Positions 50,782 to 62,237 of a stretch of 64,000 nt of DNA are shown one piece after another. The position numbers and the translations under genes are program-made. This DNA comes from Eledone cirrhosa. Its lineage: Eukaryota. Within the stretch, counting starts at the first letter, position 1; the number at the start of each line of letters is the position of its first letter. The notes under the pieces were generated by a model. That model worked only from the letters and a program-made list of their open reading frames with translations, ran no database searches and was not told the DNA's origin. The stretch is taken from NCBI GenBank assembly GCA_964016885.1, contig CAXHJY010001449.1:1-64000 (forward strand), given 5' to 3'.

Positions 50782-53223
50782 TTAATTAGGTTTATAATAT
50801 TTAAATGTTTTTTTTAGTTTATGATTACACGATATAATTAATTCCTGTCGTTTATTTAATAAGATATCCTTAGACTTCATTATTTCAAATAGTTCTTGGG
50901 AACATAATCTACATTCCTTTCTATTATTTTGATAAGGGGTGGCTCTTTTGAGCACACTCCAGGTCAAATCATATTTTATATTCTTATTTTTATAACTATT
51001 GATTTTTTCTGCTAGAGATGTTGTATTAGCCAGTGCGGCATTTTTAAAACTATGTTTGTGGGTATTAAACCTTGTCTTAAAATTGTTAGAGGTAGCTCCT
51101 ATATATGAGCAAATAGAATCTTTAGTTTTAACATTACATTTATAGACTATGTTGTTAACAAGACAATTCCCTTTTAATGGGCAGTTTGTTTTGTTTCTAC
51201 AGTTACATCCTTTCGTTAATTCTGTATTTGAGGAGATATTATTGTTAATTTGATGTACTGGTGGTATACTTATGGTTTTCTTACATTTATATGCATTATA
51301 TGCACTTATATTTTGTTTTATGTTATTTGTTGTAGAGTATGAGAATTTAACTGTAGACCTATTTAAGATTTGATGGTATTTGTGGTTTGGCGGGAAGTTT
51401 TTCTCAAGGATATAAAAAAATTTTTTAGCAATATTATCCTTAACTTGTAAATTAAAAGGAGCATTATACCAAGTAACTCGTCTATTACGGTTTCTATGTT
51501 GTTTATTATTTTTATTATTTTTATAGGTTGTATCATGATTTTTACTAGGAGGATTAATGTTAATGATCTCACCACAACTATTTTTAGTTATATTTGTAGA
51601 TTTAGGTGTTTTATCTTTTTTATTAGGAGTTTTATTATTAATATTTATTATAGTTGTATGATGAGTAGTTTTTTGAGGGTTACTATACTTTATATTAGAA
51701 GATTTAGTATTTTGGGGTATATTGTGGGTGGCATTTAGGTGTGTACTTTTCATTTGGTGTTTGTTGGTAATATTATGCTGTATGCTTTCAGTATTTTTAG
51801 TAGAAGGTATATACTCTAATCTATTTTTGTGGCCACTTCTATCTAGAGCTTCATTATAAAAGGTCGCATTTTTATCAAATACATCTTGGTTAGAAGAAAG
51901 GTTAGAAATTCTAAGTGATATATTATATGCAAGGTTTTTAAGGATAGATTTAGGGTGATTAGATTGTGAGTGTATGTAATGTAAGTTTTGGTTAGGTTTA
52001 TGGTAAGGTTGGTATATACCCGTAGCTAAATCTAAAGTTATATCTAGGAAATTTACTACTTTACTTGTTTTTTCAAAAGTAATATTAAGATTATAATAGT
52101 CTTTAAGGAAAGTTCTAATATGTTTTTTGTTTTTTTCGATTTCTGAAAGGCTAAGGTTGTTAGAAAGAAGAAGACAGTCATCACGATATAAACCACCTTT
52201 GAGGTGGGGAAAAGAGGCATTTATGTTGAAAAGGAGAAAGAGGCCCACAAGATCAGTAATTTGGGCGGAATCGCTTGAACCCATAGTAATATCAAAAAGA
52301 TTACTGTATGTGTTTCTGGTCCAGTATTCATTCTGAAATTCAATAAGTGTTAGTCTAGCATGTGTAATAATGTTAATGTCATCCGAAGTTAAATTAGATC
52401 TATTTTTAGCAAATATTAATGCTTTGTTCAGGAGTATGGGTGATATAGAAGAATAGTAATTATCTATATCAAATTGTAGGAAAGAAGCAGAAGATTTACA
52501 CCTAATATTTTTAAACCAATTAATTACCTGGGAGGTGTTTTCCCAGAGTGGTAAAATAACGTATTTTCTTATTTGTGGGATGACTCTATCTAAAATTTTT
52601 TTGCTAATTATTCCAATATCTGATTTGGAGGGACATATAAGTCTAATAGAAGGATTAGAGTTAAAGTTAGATTTGTGATCTTTCAGGTTGAAGTGTGGTC
52701 TTTTCAATGCCAAAGGTTCAGTTCTATCTTCAATATTTAGTTTTTTTACTATGTTGTGTGTTTTGTTGTTGATGTTGGTGAGTGACACATTATTAGATTT
52801 TTTATAATTTTTTCTGAGTTCTTTATATATGAACTCATTATAATGTTCAATATCCATATGATACAAGTTACCAGTTTTGTCCGAGTGGACATGGATTTTT
52901 TTAGACTTTTTTAGGTCCAATAGGGTAGAATCAAGGTCCTTTTGAAAGACGGATTTATACTTTTTAAATTTGAGGTGTTTAATTAAATTAAAAAGGTCTT
53001 TCTCGAAGTCTTCAAGTAAAAAGTTGTGTGGTGGATTCTTGTAAGTATTGAAATCATACATATATTTCCGATCTGCTTGTTTAGATTTTCTATCGAAGTG
53101 GTAGGCTCTCCATCTAACCCTTCTGATAAAATTATTAGTTTTCTGAATCATAAGGAGTAAGAAGTCGTCCTTAGAAGGTATTGGTATGTTTTTTAAGGAG
53201 GTTCCTAGATATTGTTTTTCCAT
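50782..53223 (-). CDS. PLE reverse transcriptase + C-terminal GIY-YIG endonuclease (Naiad-like), uninterrupted
   Basis: First ATG at 53223 (track starts at TTG 53244). SLKNIP, RVRW, DKT, FDIDNYYSSI, MGS, YRDD, FLDI, WYNAPF, CNCR..CPL..C, IVYKC..YIG, FKTRF..H, CRLC..E, LLNKR. Confidence 0.93.
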   Translation of the reverse strand: MEKQYLGTSLKNIPIPSKDDFLLLMIQKTNNFIRRVRWRAYHFDRKSKQADRKYMYDFNTYKNPPHNFLLEDFEKDLFNLIKHLKFKKYKSVFQKDLDSTLLDLKKSKKIHVHSDKTGNLYHMDIEHYNEFIYKELRKNYKKSNNVSLTNINNKTHNIVKKLNIEDRTEPLALKRPHFNLKDHKSNFNSNPSIRLICPSKSDIGIISKKILDRVIPQIRKYVILPLWENTSQVINWFKNIRCKSSASFLQFDIDNYYSSISPILLNKALIFAKNRSNLTSDDINIITHARLTLIEFQNEYWTRNTYSNLFDITMGSSDSAQITDLVGLFLLFNINASFPHLKGGLYRDDCLLLSNNLSLSEIEKNKKHIRTFLKDYYNLNITFEKTSKVVNFLDITLDLATGIYQPYHKPNQNLHYIHSQSNHPKSILKNLAYNISLRISNLSSNQDVFDKNATFYNEALDRSGHKNRLEYIPSTKNTESIQHNITNKHQMKSTHLNATHNIPQNTKSSNIKYSNPQKTTHHTTIININNKTPNKKDKTPKSTNITKNSCGEIININPPSKNHDTTYKNNKNNKQHRNRNRRVTWYNAPFNLQVKDNIAKKFFYILEKNFPPNHKYHQILNRSTVKFSYSTTNNIKQNISAYNAYKCKKTISIPPVHQINNNISSNTELTKGCNCRNKTNCPLKGNCLVNNIVYKCNVKTKDSICSYIGATSNNFKTRFNTHKHSFKNAALANTTSLAEKINSYKNKNIKYDLTWSVLKRATPYQNNRKECRLCSQELFEIMKSKDILLNKRQELIISCNHKLKKTFKYYKPN

Positions 53224-54058
53224 TGTGATATGGATGATGGACAATTGAAAGAGCTCAACTAAATGTATATGGGTTTACAAAATCATACATATATATATGT
53301 TTATACATAAATATAAAATTAATACACTCATACAGTACAAAAATACGAATATTTCCGTGAAAATAGGAGCAAAATTATGTAGATAAATCTACCAAGAGTT
53401 TACGGTAGTGTCCAATCCGTATGAAGAACTCAATGTATTCCGGATATCATGGAAAGAAGAGATGTAATGAAAATCCACTTTCGGTGAAAGATAAACGGTA
53501 TACAGAGTCAAGATAAAATATTAAACAAATAATGAACAAACAATTCCTTATATTAAACAAAAAAAAGTTCACTATTTAACGATCGTTTCTAGGGTATATA
53601 TGTGTTATAATTGGTATGCATATTCAACAGATCTATGTACAAAATTATACAAAATTATACAAATTATCAAGATTAAATATACATACCTAACATGTTATGT
53701 GTATATTTAAATATACATACCTAACATGTTATGTGTATATTTATGCATATACGCGCATGTATGTGTGATTATACTGATATGTGTGAGTATGAAAAAATAT
53801 ATTTATATGCTTGACTCCATAAGTATCAATGCGCATCTTATCAGCGCATTAAGCTTACAGAGATATTAACCTTGAAATTTTGTGTTTGCATCCATCTTTT
53901 TAGTATGCGCATACAAATTATACACACATTATTGTAAAATATGTGTAAGGATTTTACATGTATATACACACACCGAACTGCTTTTAACCCTTTGTGTTTT
54001 CATTGGTCAATTTTGAACTGATATTTTGAATTGTTGTTATTATCAATAAATATACTTC

Positions 54059-54207
54059 ATTATTTCTGAAGACGGCGTATATATGTGTTAGGTATGTATA
54101 TTTAATCTTGATAATTTGTATAATTTTGTATAATTTTGTACATAGATCTGTTGAATATGCATACCAATTATAACACATATATACCCTAGAAACGATCGTT
54201 AAATAGT
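54059..54207 (+). ncRNA. Type I hammerhead ribozyme with long stem II in the inverted pLTR
   Basis: attattt CTGAAGA ...tatatatgtgtta/taacacatatata and ggtatgtatatt/aatatgcatacc... GAAA cgatcg TT aaatagt. Confidence 0.8.
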
Positions 54208-54402
54208 GAACTTTTTTTTGTTTAATATAAGGAATTGTTTGTTCATTATTTGTTTAATATTTTATCTTGACTCTGTATACCGTTTATCTTTCACCGAAAG
54301 TGGATTTTCATTACATCTCTTCTTTCCATGATATCCGGAATACATTGAGTTCTTCATACGGATTGGACACTACCGTAAACTCTTGGTAGATTTATCTACA
54401 TA

Positions 54403-54594
54403 TATGTATATATATATATATATGTATATATATATGTATATATATATATGTATATATATATGTATATATATATGTATATATATATATATATGTATATATA
54501 TATGTATATATATATGTATATATATATGTATATATATTTATATATGTATATATATATATATATGTATATATATATGTATATATATTTATATATG

Positions 54595-54627
<33 letters not shown>

Positions 54628-54664
54628 GTATATATATATGTATATATATATGTATATATATTTA

Positions 54665-54713
<49 letters not shown>

Positions 54714-54862
54714 GTATATGTATATATATGTATATGTATATATATGTGTATATATATGTATATATATATATGTATATATGTATATATATATGTATATATG
54801 TATATATATATGTATATATGTATATATATATATATATATGTATATATATGTATATATGTATG

Positions 54863-54900
<38 letters not shown>

Positions 54901-55200
54901 TATATATATGTATATATGTATGTATATATATATGTATATATGTATGTATATATATATGTATATATATATGTATATATATATGTATATATATATGTATATA
55001 TATATGTATATATATATGTATATATATATGTATATATATATGTATATATATATGTATATATATATGTATATATATGTATATATATAGGTATATATATAGG
55101 TATATATATAGGTATATATATATGTATATATATATGTATATATGTATATGTATATATATATGTATATATATATGTATATATGTATATGTATATATATATG

Positions 55201-55231
<31 letters not shown>

Positions 55232-55250
55232 GTATATACATATGTATATA
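54403..55250. repeat. (TA)n/TATG microsatellite, right flank
   Basis: Direct observation. Confidence 0.95.
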
Positions 55251-55504
55251 CTTTCAGATACTTATCCTCCATAAACTCTTATTATTCTCTTTATAATTAC
55301 CCTTTCTGATTTACTTTCATTTTTATCCTTATTAATTTCATTTATTTTTATTTTTATTTTTATTTTTATTTTTATTTTTATTTTTATTTTTATATATTTT
55401 TTTAATTTTACTTCACATCCACCAATAACCCCCCCCCCCCTTTATTCTTCGATTCACTTACCTAATATCTTCACTTTCCATTTTTTACTTCCCAATATTT
55501 AATA

Positions 55505-55670
55505 TGTAAGTTGTGATGTTGCTGTTCCACTCATATTTTCTATTTAATTTTGGTTGTAATTCTTTTATGTTTATTGCCTCTGTGATTTGTCTAGACATTG
55601 CGTCTTTTCTGTGTGTAGATTCTATTTTTATTTCTATGTTCTCTAATTTACCCTTGTGTTCTATTTTAGC
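55505..55670 (-). repeat. Inverted copy of the PLE ORF 3' end
   Basis: Reverse complement of 57183-57348 (166 bp, about 2 mismatches). Confidence 0.9.
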
Positions 55671-57353
55671 AACTAGGGACCTAACAAACTGAATAATAGG
55701 TAGTATGAATGTTGTGTCCCTGTATCCATCTATTGACGTGGATTTTGCTGTGGAGAAATGCGTAGAAATGATCAGTGAGAGCAATGTTGAGTTCCGTGGG
55801 ATTGATACCAGTGAGCTGGGACTCCTACTTAAACTTACCTATAGTAATAATTACCTAGACACATATGACCTTAGCAACCTGTGCCCTACAAGACCAGCAA
55901 GAGGCAGACCACCTACCATTACCTCAATGGCCAAGAAAACCCACACAGATAGATGGAACGGGTGGACCAGAGCCATACGGACACCCGAAAACCACGATGA
56001 ACTGAAGAAAATGATTGCACATGCGGTAGGGGCCAGCATAAAACTAACCCTTAAGGAACATATGTTCAAATTTAATGGAAAAACATATGCCCAAGAGGAA
56101 GGAGCAGCCATTGGTGTTAGCATTGCAGGCGACATAGCTAACTTATTCATGGTATGGTGGGACAGTAGACTTAAACTTAAAGAACAATTAGAAGACCCCT
56201 TAACTCTGATAATGTACTCCCGCTACGTTGATGATATAAACATCGTAGTTAAGACACCCCACTAGAGAACAGTCAGGAACTAGAGAAAAACACAATGGAA
56301 AGCATCCAGCAAATAGCTAACTCCATCCACCAGAGCATTAGAGTTACTATAGACTACCCAAGTAAACACCCCAACCATCGATTACCTGTACTAGACACAG
56401 AGCTCTGGTTAGATACCATTAATAACAAAAAACAAATCCTCCATTCCCATTATGCCAAACCCATGACTTCCAAACATCTGATCCACCGAAACTCGGCCGT
56501 TTCGGACCATACCAAAATCAACATACTGATTGCGGATTTGGTACAGGTGATGAGAAACGTGTCCCGCATGTGCAACCCCGAAGAACTAGAGAGACACATA
56601 CAACACTTCATCCACCGTATGCAGTTCTCTGGCTACAATCAGAGAGATAAAATCAGAGTGTATAGAGGAGCCAGAACCAAATGGGAAAAAATGGTAAATA
56701 ATGACATAAATGGGACCTGCCCCTTGTATAGGAGCAAATTTTGGAATAGAATAGAAAGAACTAGGAACAAGGCTAATAGAATAAACTCATGGTATGATAG
56801 CAATAAATACCAGAGTGTAATGTTCATCGATACAACCCCTAGAGGTAAATTAGCTTACAAATTTAGAAGGGCCCTAAATAAACATAAACTCAATATTAAG
56901 ATAGTAGAAAGACCAGGTACCTCCGTAAAAACGATCATTAGCAAGACATACCTTTTTCAAAGACCCTCATGTATAGATAAGAAATGTATAACCTGTAAAA
57001 TAAGCCCCCATATTAACTGTAAAACTAGAAATGTAGTGTATAGTATAAGATGTACCAAAGGACAATGTAGAGACAAAAATATAGTGTACATAGGTGAGAC
57101 AGCTCATAGTGTAGGGGAACGGATAAATGAACACTGGCGAGACCTTCAAGATAGTAAAGAATCATCTGTACTCTACAAACATGCTAAAATAGAACACAAG
57201 AGTAAATTAGAGAACATAGAAATAAAAATAGAATCTACACACAGAAAAGACGCAATGTTTAGACAAATTACAGAGGCAATAAACATAAAAGAATTACAAC
57301 CAAAATTAAATAGAAAATATGAGTGGAACAGCAACATCACAACTTACAATTAA
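55671..57353 (+). pseudogene. 5'-truncated PLE RT + GIY-YIG (different clade from 50782-53223)
   Basis: SMNVVSLYPSI (motif A Asp replaced by Asn), GAAIG, RYVDD, LPVLD, KPM, C..C..C, VVYSIRC..YIGET, ERINEH, EAINI..LNRKYEW; frame break near 56265. Confidence 0.9.
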
Positions 57354-57556
57354 GGACAAAATGAAAACACACACACACACATAGAACAAACAACCAACCT
57401 GTAACATGTAAATAAACAAATAAATAAATGAACATAAACATACACAGACACCCGGATGTGGCGCATGCACAGACTGAGCACACAACACACACACAGAAAC
57501 AAAATGGCGTAGGACAGAACAAAGGAGAGGCAGAGAAACAAAGAAAGGAATCCCCA

Positions 57557-57599
57557 GTCACTGAAGAGGTCACAGAGTGTGTGACGAAAGAACTATGAC
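57557..57599 (+). ncRNA. Minimal type I hammerhead ribozyme in the PLE 3' pLTR
   Basis: gtca CTGAAGA ggtcaca gagtg tgtgac GAAA gaac TA tgac, about 200 nt downstream of the ORF stop. Confidence 0.8.
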
Positions 57600-57763
57600 A
57601 ATATATAAACAACTATCTGGTTGTGGAACCAACCAACCAGAAATTTATAAATATATAAATTTATAAATTTATAGATTTATTATAAATTTATTATAATAAA
57701 TTGAAGTGAAACAACTGGTGCGTGTGTTTCTTATTGGCAACATAACCCTCCCAAAGTATAACA

Positions 57764-57796
<33 letters not shown>

Positions 57797-57861
57797 TATA
57801 TATGTATATATATGTATATATATATGTATATGTACATATATATCTATATGTATATATATAT

Positions 57862-58212
57862 ATCATCATTTCATCATCATCATCATTTCATTTTACGTCC
57901 GCTTTTTCCCTGCTTGCAAGGGTGGGACGGGAACTGATTTTGGCTTGATTTCTACAGCTGGATGCCCTTCCTAACACCAACCTCATTTACAGTGAGTGCT
58001 GGGTGCTTTTTTGCCGTGGCACCTGCACGACCACTTTGCAGTGGAATGATGTGGACCCCAGTCCCTATCATCTCATTTCTACAGCTGAGTAAACTGGAGC
58101 AATGTGAAATAAAGTGTCTTGCTCAAGGAAACAACACATCACCCGGTCTGAGAATTGAACTCACAACCCTTCGATTGCAAGGCCAATGCTCTAACCACTA
58201 AGCCATGTGCCT
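57862..58212 (-). mobile_element. Composite SINE: tRNA head, CORE-like body, RTE-derived 3' tail
   Basis: Minus strand: A-box tggcttagtgg, B-box gagttcaattc, ccttgagcaagacactt, then ggttggtgttaggaagggcatccagctgtagaaa and (gat)n. Confidence 0.75.
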
Positions 58213-58283
58213 ATATATGTATATGTATATTTACATGTATATATATATATGTATATATATATCATATATCATCATCATCATTA

Positions 58284-59031
58284 TCTATAAAAGGCAGATT
58301 TTTGTGTCTGTATGTATGTTTCAATTTTATACATTTACACAATTCCGAAAATATTGAATGAATAATTAAGCAGAATGTTTACAAATATTCTAACTTGGAT
58401 CATGGGCGAACTTATTGGGTAAAAAATGCCACAATTTCGGAAAAATTTATTTATTTCAACAATCGATGATTTCCCCTCTCTCTCATATGATATACGTTTC
58501 CTATATCTACTCCCTTCATCACCTCCCCTTAAAATTGCTACCTTCTCTTATAAGTGTTTGTGAAAAAGAGAAACATTGAAAAAAAACATATACACACATA
58601 TATGTGGGTGCATACACACACATATATGTTGGTATGGTTACGATTGACGTCATAGAAACAGGAACGCGGGAATTTCAATCAATCAACGCATACACAGTTT
58701 GTTTTAGAAATGATAAAGAGGGAGAGAGAAACAAACAGACACACTAAAAGACGGATATATGTGTGTGTGTTTGTATTAGCGCGTTCAAACTCCATTTCGA
58801 AGCTGACTTTCATTTACTAAACTGTAAGTTTTTCAATCGGCCTTACACTTTCAAACTATATTTTTCTGTATAAGTAACTTTAAGCCTCTATTTTCGACAT
58901 AAAAATACACACATACATACAAAGACTTGTAAAGTTTTTTGGGGGCCTTTCTTATCAATCTTTTTACATTCAATTATCAGCCTTATTCTTTCAAAGTCAA
59001 TTTTTATGTTGAAGTAACTTTCAACCTTTAA

Positions 59032-59063
<32 letters not shown>

Positions 59064-61523
59064 CACACACATACATATACACACATACATACAAATACCT
59101 GTCACTTAATTTACACACACATCGGCCTTACACTTTCATACACACATACATACATACATATACACACATACATACAAATACCTGTCACTTAATTTACACA
59201 CACATCGGCCTTACACTTTCAAACTAAATTTTTCTGTAGAAGTAACTTTAACCCTTTATTTTCGACATAAAAATACACACATACATACAAATACCTGTAA
59301 ATTTTTTTGGGGGCCTTTCTTATCAATCTTTTTACATTCAATTATCAGCCTTATACTTTCAAAGTCAATTCTTATGTTGAAGTAACTTTCACCCTTTATT
59401 TTTCGATACCCATTTACTTACTAACATTTGTATCACAACAACAATAACAATATTCATAAACAGACAGTAGACTTTCAAAGTCAATTTTTCTGTAGAAGTA
59501 ACTTTCACCCTTTCTTTTGGACATAAAATGCCACCTAAAAAGAGAAGTCGCCTCAGTCGACATACCGCGTCAGCAGTGGCGCAAAAGGCTACTATAGTAA
59601 ACGAGTCCTCTGAGGAAAATGCTTCAAGACTTTCACAGACAGCCTTACGTTCAGCAGAATGTCGAGCCGCTGAAAGTTTCCAACAGCGCACCGCACGCCT
59701 AGCCAAAATGGCTTCAGACCAGGCTTCTTCCAGGGCTTCAGAGAGCCGTGAACAAAGGTCGAAGCGTCTGGCTAGAAACGATGCGACTAATGCTGCTTCC
59801 AGGTCTTTTGAACGTTTAAAACAACGGACGGCTCGCCTTCCTACGAACGCTGCGGCTATGACTACTTCCATGGCTTCTAAAGATGCAGACGGGCGGTCCA
59901 TTAGCATTGCAAATGTTGCTTCTGTTATTGCTGCCAGAGCTTCCCACGAACCACACGACCAATGTTCTACGTTCAAGCGTAACAGTCGACGGCGAGAAGC
60001 TGAACGCGGTGTGACGAGCCCCAACAGCCCTTACTGGCACCTACGGGCTTTCAAGTATGTGCAAAACGTTAATTACTCGATGCGCTCTGACATAAATATA
60101 GGCGAGATGCGCTTCAATTGCCAATTCTGCAATGCTACAAAGTGGGCTGGGGAGCCACCTGCAATGTGCTGCTTAAACGGTAAGGTCACCTTGCCCCCTC
60201 TTACGGAACCGCCAGAGCCTTTGAAGGAACTACTGACTGGTTATACCTCAAGGTCAAAAAAAAAAACCCCTGATCACACAAATAAAAAACGTTCCTGGGG
60301 GTACCGGAAAAACTTTTGTAACGAATTTGATTCTAGCTAAGATTCGTCAGGAGAAAAAAATTGCGTTGTCCGTTGTATCGTCCGGGATCGCTGCTACTTT
60401 GCTGCCAGGAGGCAGGACAGCACATTCAACCTGAGACACCAACATGCAATATCAGCAAGAGTTCACACAAAGCTCTGGTTCTCAAAAGATGTTGCCTCAT
60501 TGTTTGGGATGAGTGCACAATGGCACACAAGGGTGCCCTTGAGGCATTGGTCAAGGCCCGGAAAGACATTAAGGATTCTACGGCTCCTATGGGTGGCGTA
60601 ACCCTTCTGCTATCAGGGGATTTTCGGAAAACGCTGCCTGTCATCCCCAAATGGGCAAGAGCTGATGAAGTGCGTGCCTGTCTTAAGTCGTCCATGTTGT
60701 GGCTCCATGTGAATAGTTTGTACCTGAGCACAAATATGCGTGCTCATTTGCATGGTGACAACATGTCTGCAGCACAGAACATTTTAGCACTTGGTGAGGG
60801 CAAGATCCCTGCGGATGACAAGGGTGGCATAGCAATCGACACCCTGTGCAACATTGTGAGCAGCCCTTCTGACCTTTGGGAAGCAGTTTTTCCTAATGTC
60901 TCATCTAACTTTAAAAGCCTCGATTGGCTCAGCGAAAGAGCCATCCTTGCTCCGAAAAATACCATGGTTAATTTTATTAACGAGCAGCTGATTGCGAATA
61001 TTCCCGGTAAAGAGCACATCTTCAAATCAGACCCCGACGATATCGTTAATTATCCGGTTGAGTTATTAAATCTCCTTGAGCCCCCAGGGCTCCCACCTCA
61101 CATTATTAAGCTTAGGATTGGCTGTCCCATTATGCTAATAAGGAACTTGCGTCCACCAAAGCAGTGCAACGGTACTCGCATGGTCGTCAAGTCACTGACA
61201 CCCACTTGATTGAGGCCACCATTGTAACGGGGTGCGGAAGAGGGGAGAATGTTTTCATTCCAAGGATGAACCTTTTCCCCTCGGCGTCAGATATACCGTT
61301 CGATTTCCGGCGATCCCAATTCCCGGTGAGACCATGTTTTGCCATGTCCATTAACAAGTCACAAGGGCAAACATTGTCGGTGGCGGGCATCCATTTGGGG
61401 GAGCCATATTTCTCCCATGGCCAACTTTATGTTGCCTGTTCCCGCGCAGGGAGCAGGAATGGACTTTTTGCTTACTCTCCTCAAGGGATGACACGCAATA
61501 TCGTCTACAAAGAGGTGCTATAG
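58284..61523 (+). mobile_element. Internally deleted Helitron
   Basis: Possible 5' TC start (tctataaaagg); subterminal tandem repeats 58837-59520; RepHel remnants; no 3' hairpin/CTAG seen. Confidence 0.75.
59528..61523 (+). pseudogene. Helitron RepHel remnant: N-terminal repeats and Zn motif joined to PIF1 helicase, Rep domain missing
   Basis: IGEM..CQFCNA.KW.GE...CCLNGKV.LP; GTGKT, SSGIAATLL.GGRTAHS, WDE, GDFRK.LP, ILAPKN, CNGTR, FAMSINKSQGQT, HGQLYVACSR, VYKEVL*; frameshifts. Confidence 0.92.
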
Positions 61524-61679
61524 ATGTTGGTGCAGGTGTTGGAGCTATGCCGTCTGGAACACTATTTCCTGGTAGGGTATCCCATGGCGGACAGATCTGA
61601 CACCCAGCGGCATCAGGGCCACCATCTTGCAACTTTGGTCTACTAAATTCGCTATTGGAAGATTATTAACCCATCATTG

Positions 61680-62126
61680 ATTGACGTTAACTTATGTTCC
61701 CATCCCTTTCTGTTTTCGTTTATCTGACCGGTAGTAGCACACTGTAAACTTTAGCCATGTCACTCGAGAGCGACCGGCTGAGGTTGAAGGAGCAGAATAG
61801 CGGTCGCCCTCGGGTCCTCGATTTTCAGCCCCATGGATTTTATCTATTACATTCACGTATTATATTTCGAATACCTGATGATATCACCGGATTCATACGG
61901 AACCCGGTCATTGAAATGATCATAGTATAATAAACCTTTCAAGGATTTACACAAATCCAGCCTCCTGTCATTTCATTACAATATTTAACTCCGTAATAGC
62001 ACCACCAACTACAAAAACAAAGACGGTTGAACTGCTTTACGTTGAGTACTCTCTATATTATTGCATTACGATTGACCATACGGAATAGACCAGCTCTATA
62101 CAGTGGTGAACCTCAAACCTGAATAA
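61680..62126 (+). mobile_element. PLE pLTR, same family as 2942-4094
   Basis: Matches 3800-4093 and then 3118-3236. Confidence 0.8.
61871..61928 (+). ncRNA. Type I hammerhead ribozyme
   Basis: Identical by eye to 3986-4043. Confidence 0.85.
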
Positions 62127-62181
62127 ATATATATGTATATATATATATATGCATGTATATATATATATATATGTATATATG

Positions 62182-62237
<56 letters not shown>

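Larger units (their letters stand above)
46932..54402 (-). mobile_element. Full-length Naiad-type Penelope-like retroelement with direct and inverted pLTRs
   Basis: 46932-47469 is the reverse complement of 53728-54265; 53376-53692 is the reverse complement of 54086-54402; intact ORF; TA microsatellite on both sides. Confidence 0.88.

Noticed and set aside
49500-50782. SECIS element or selenoprotein recoding in the Naiad-type element
   Set aside because: The ORF has no in-frame TGA, ends in TAA, and no SECIS-like hairpin was recognised.
58140-58212. tRNA gene
   Set aside because: A and B boxes are present but there is no acceptor stem, and it runs into a SINE body.
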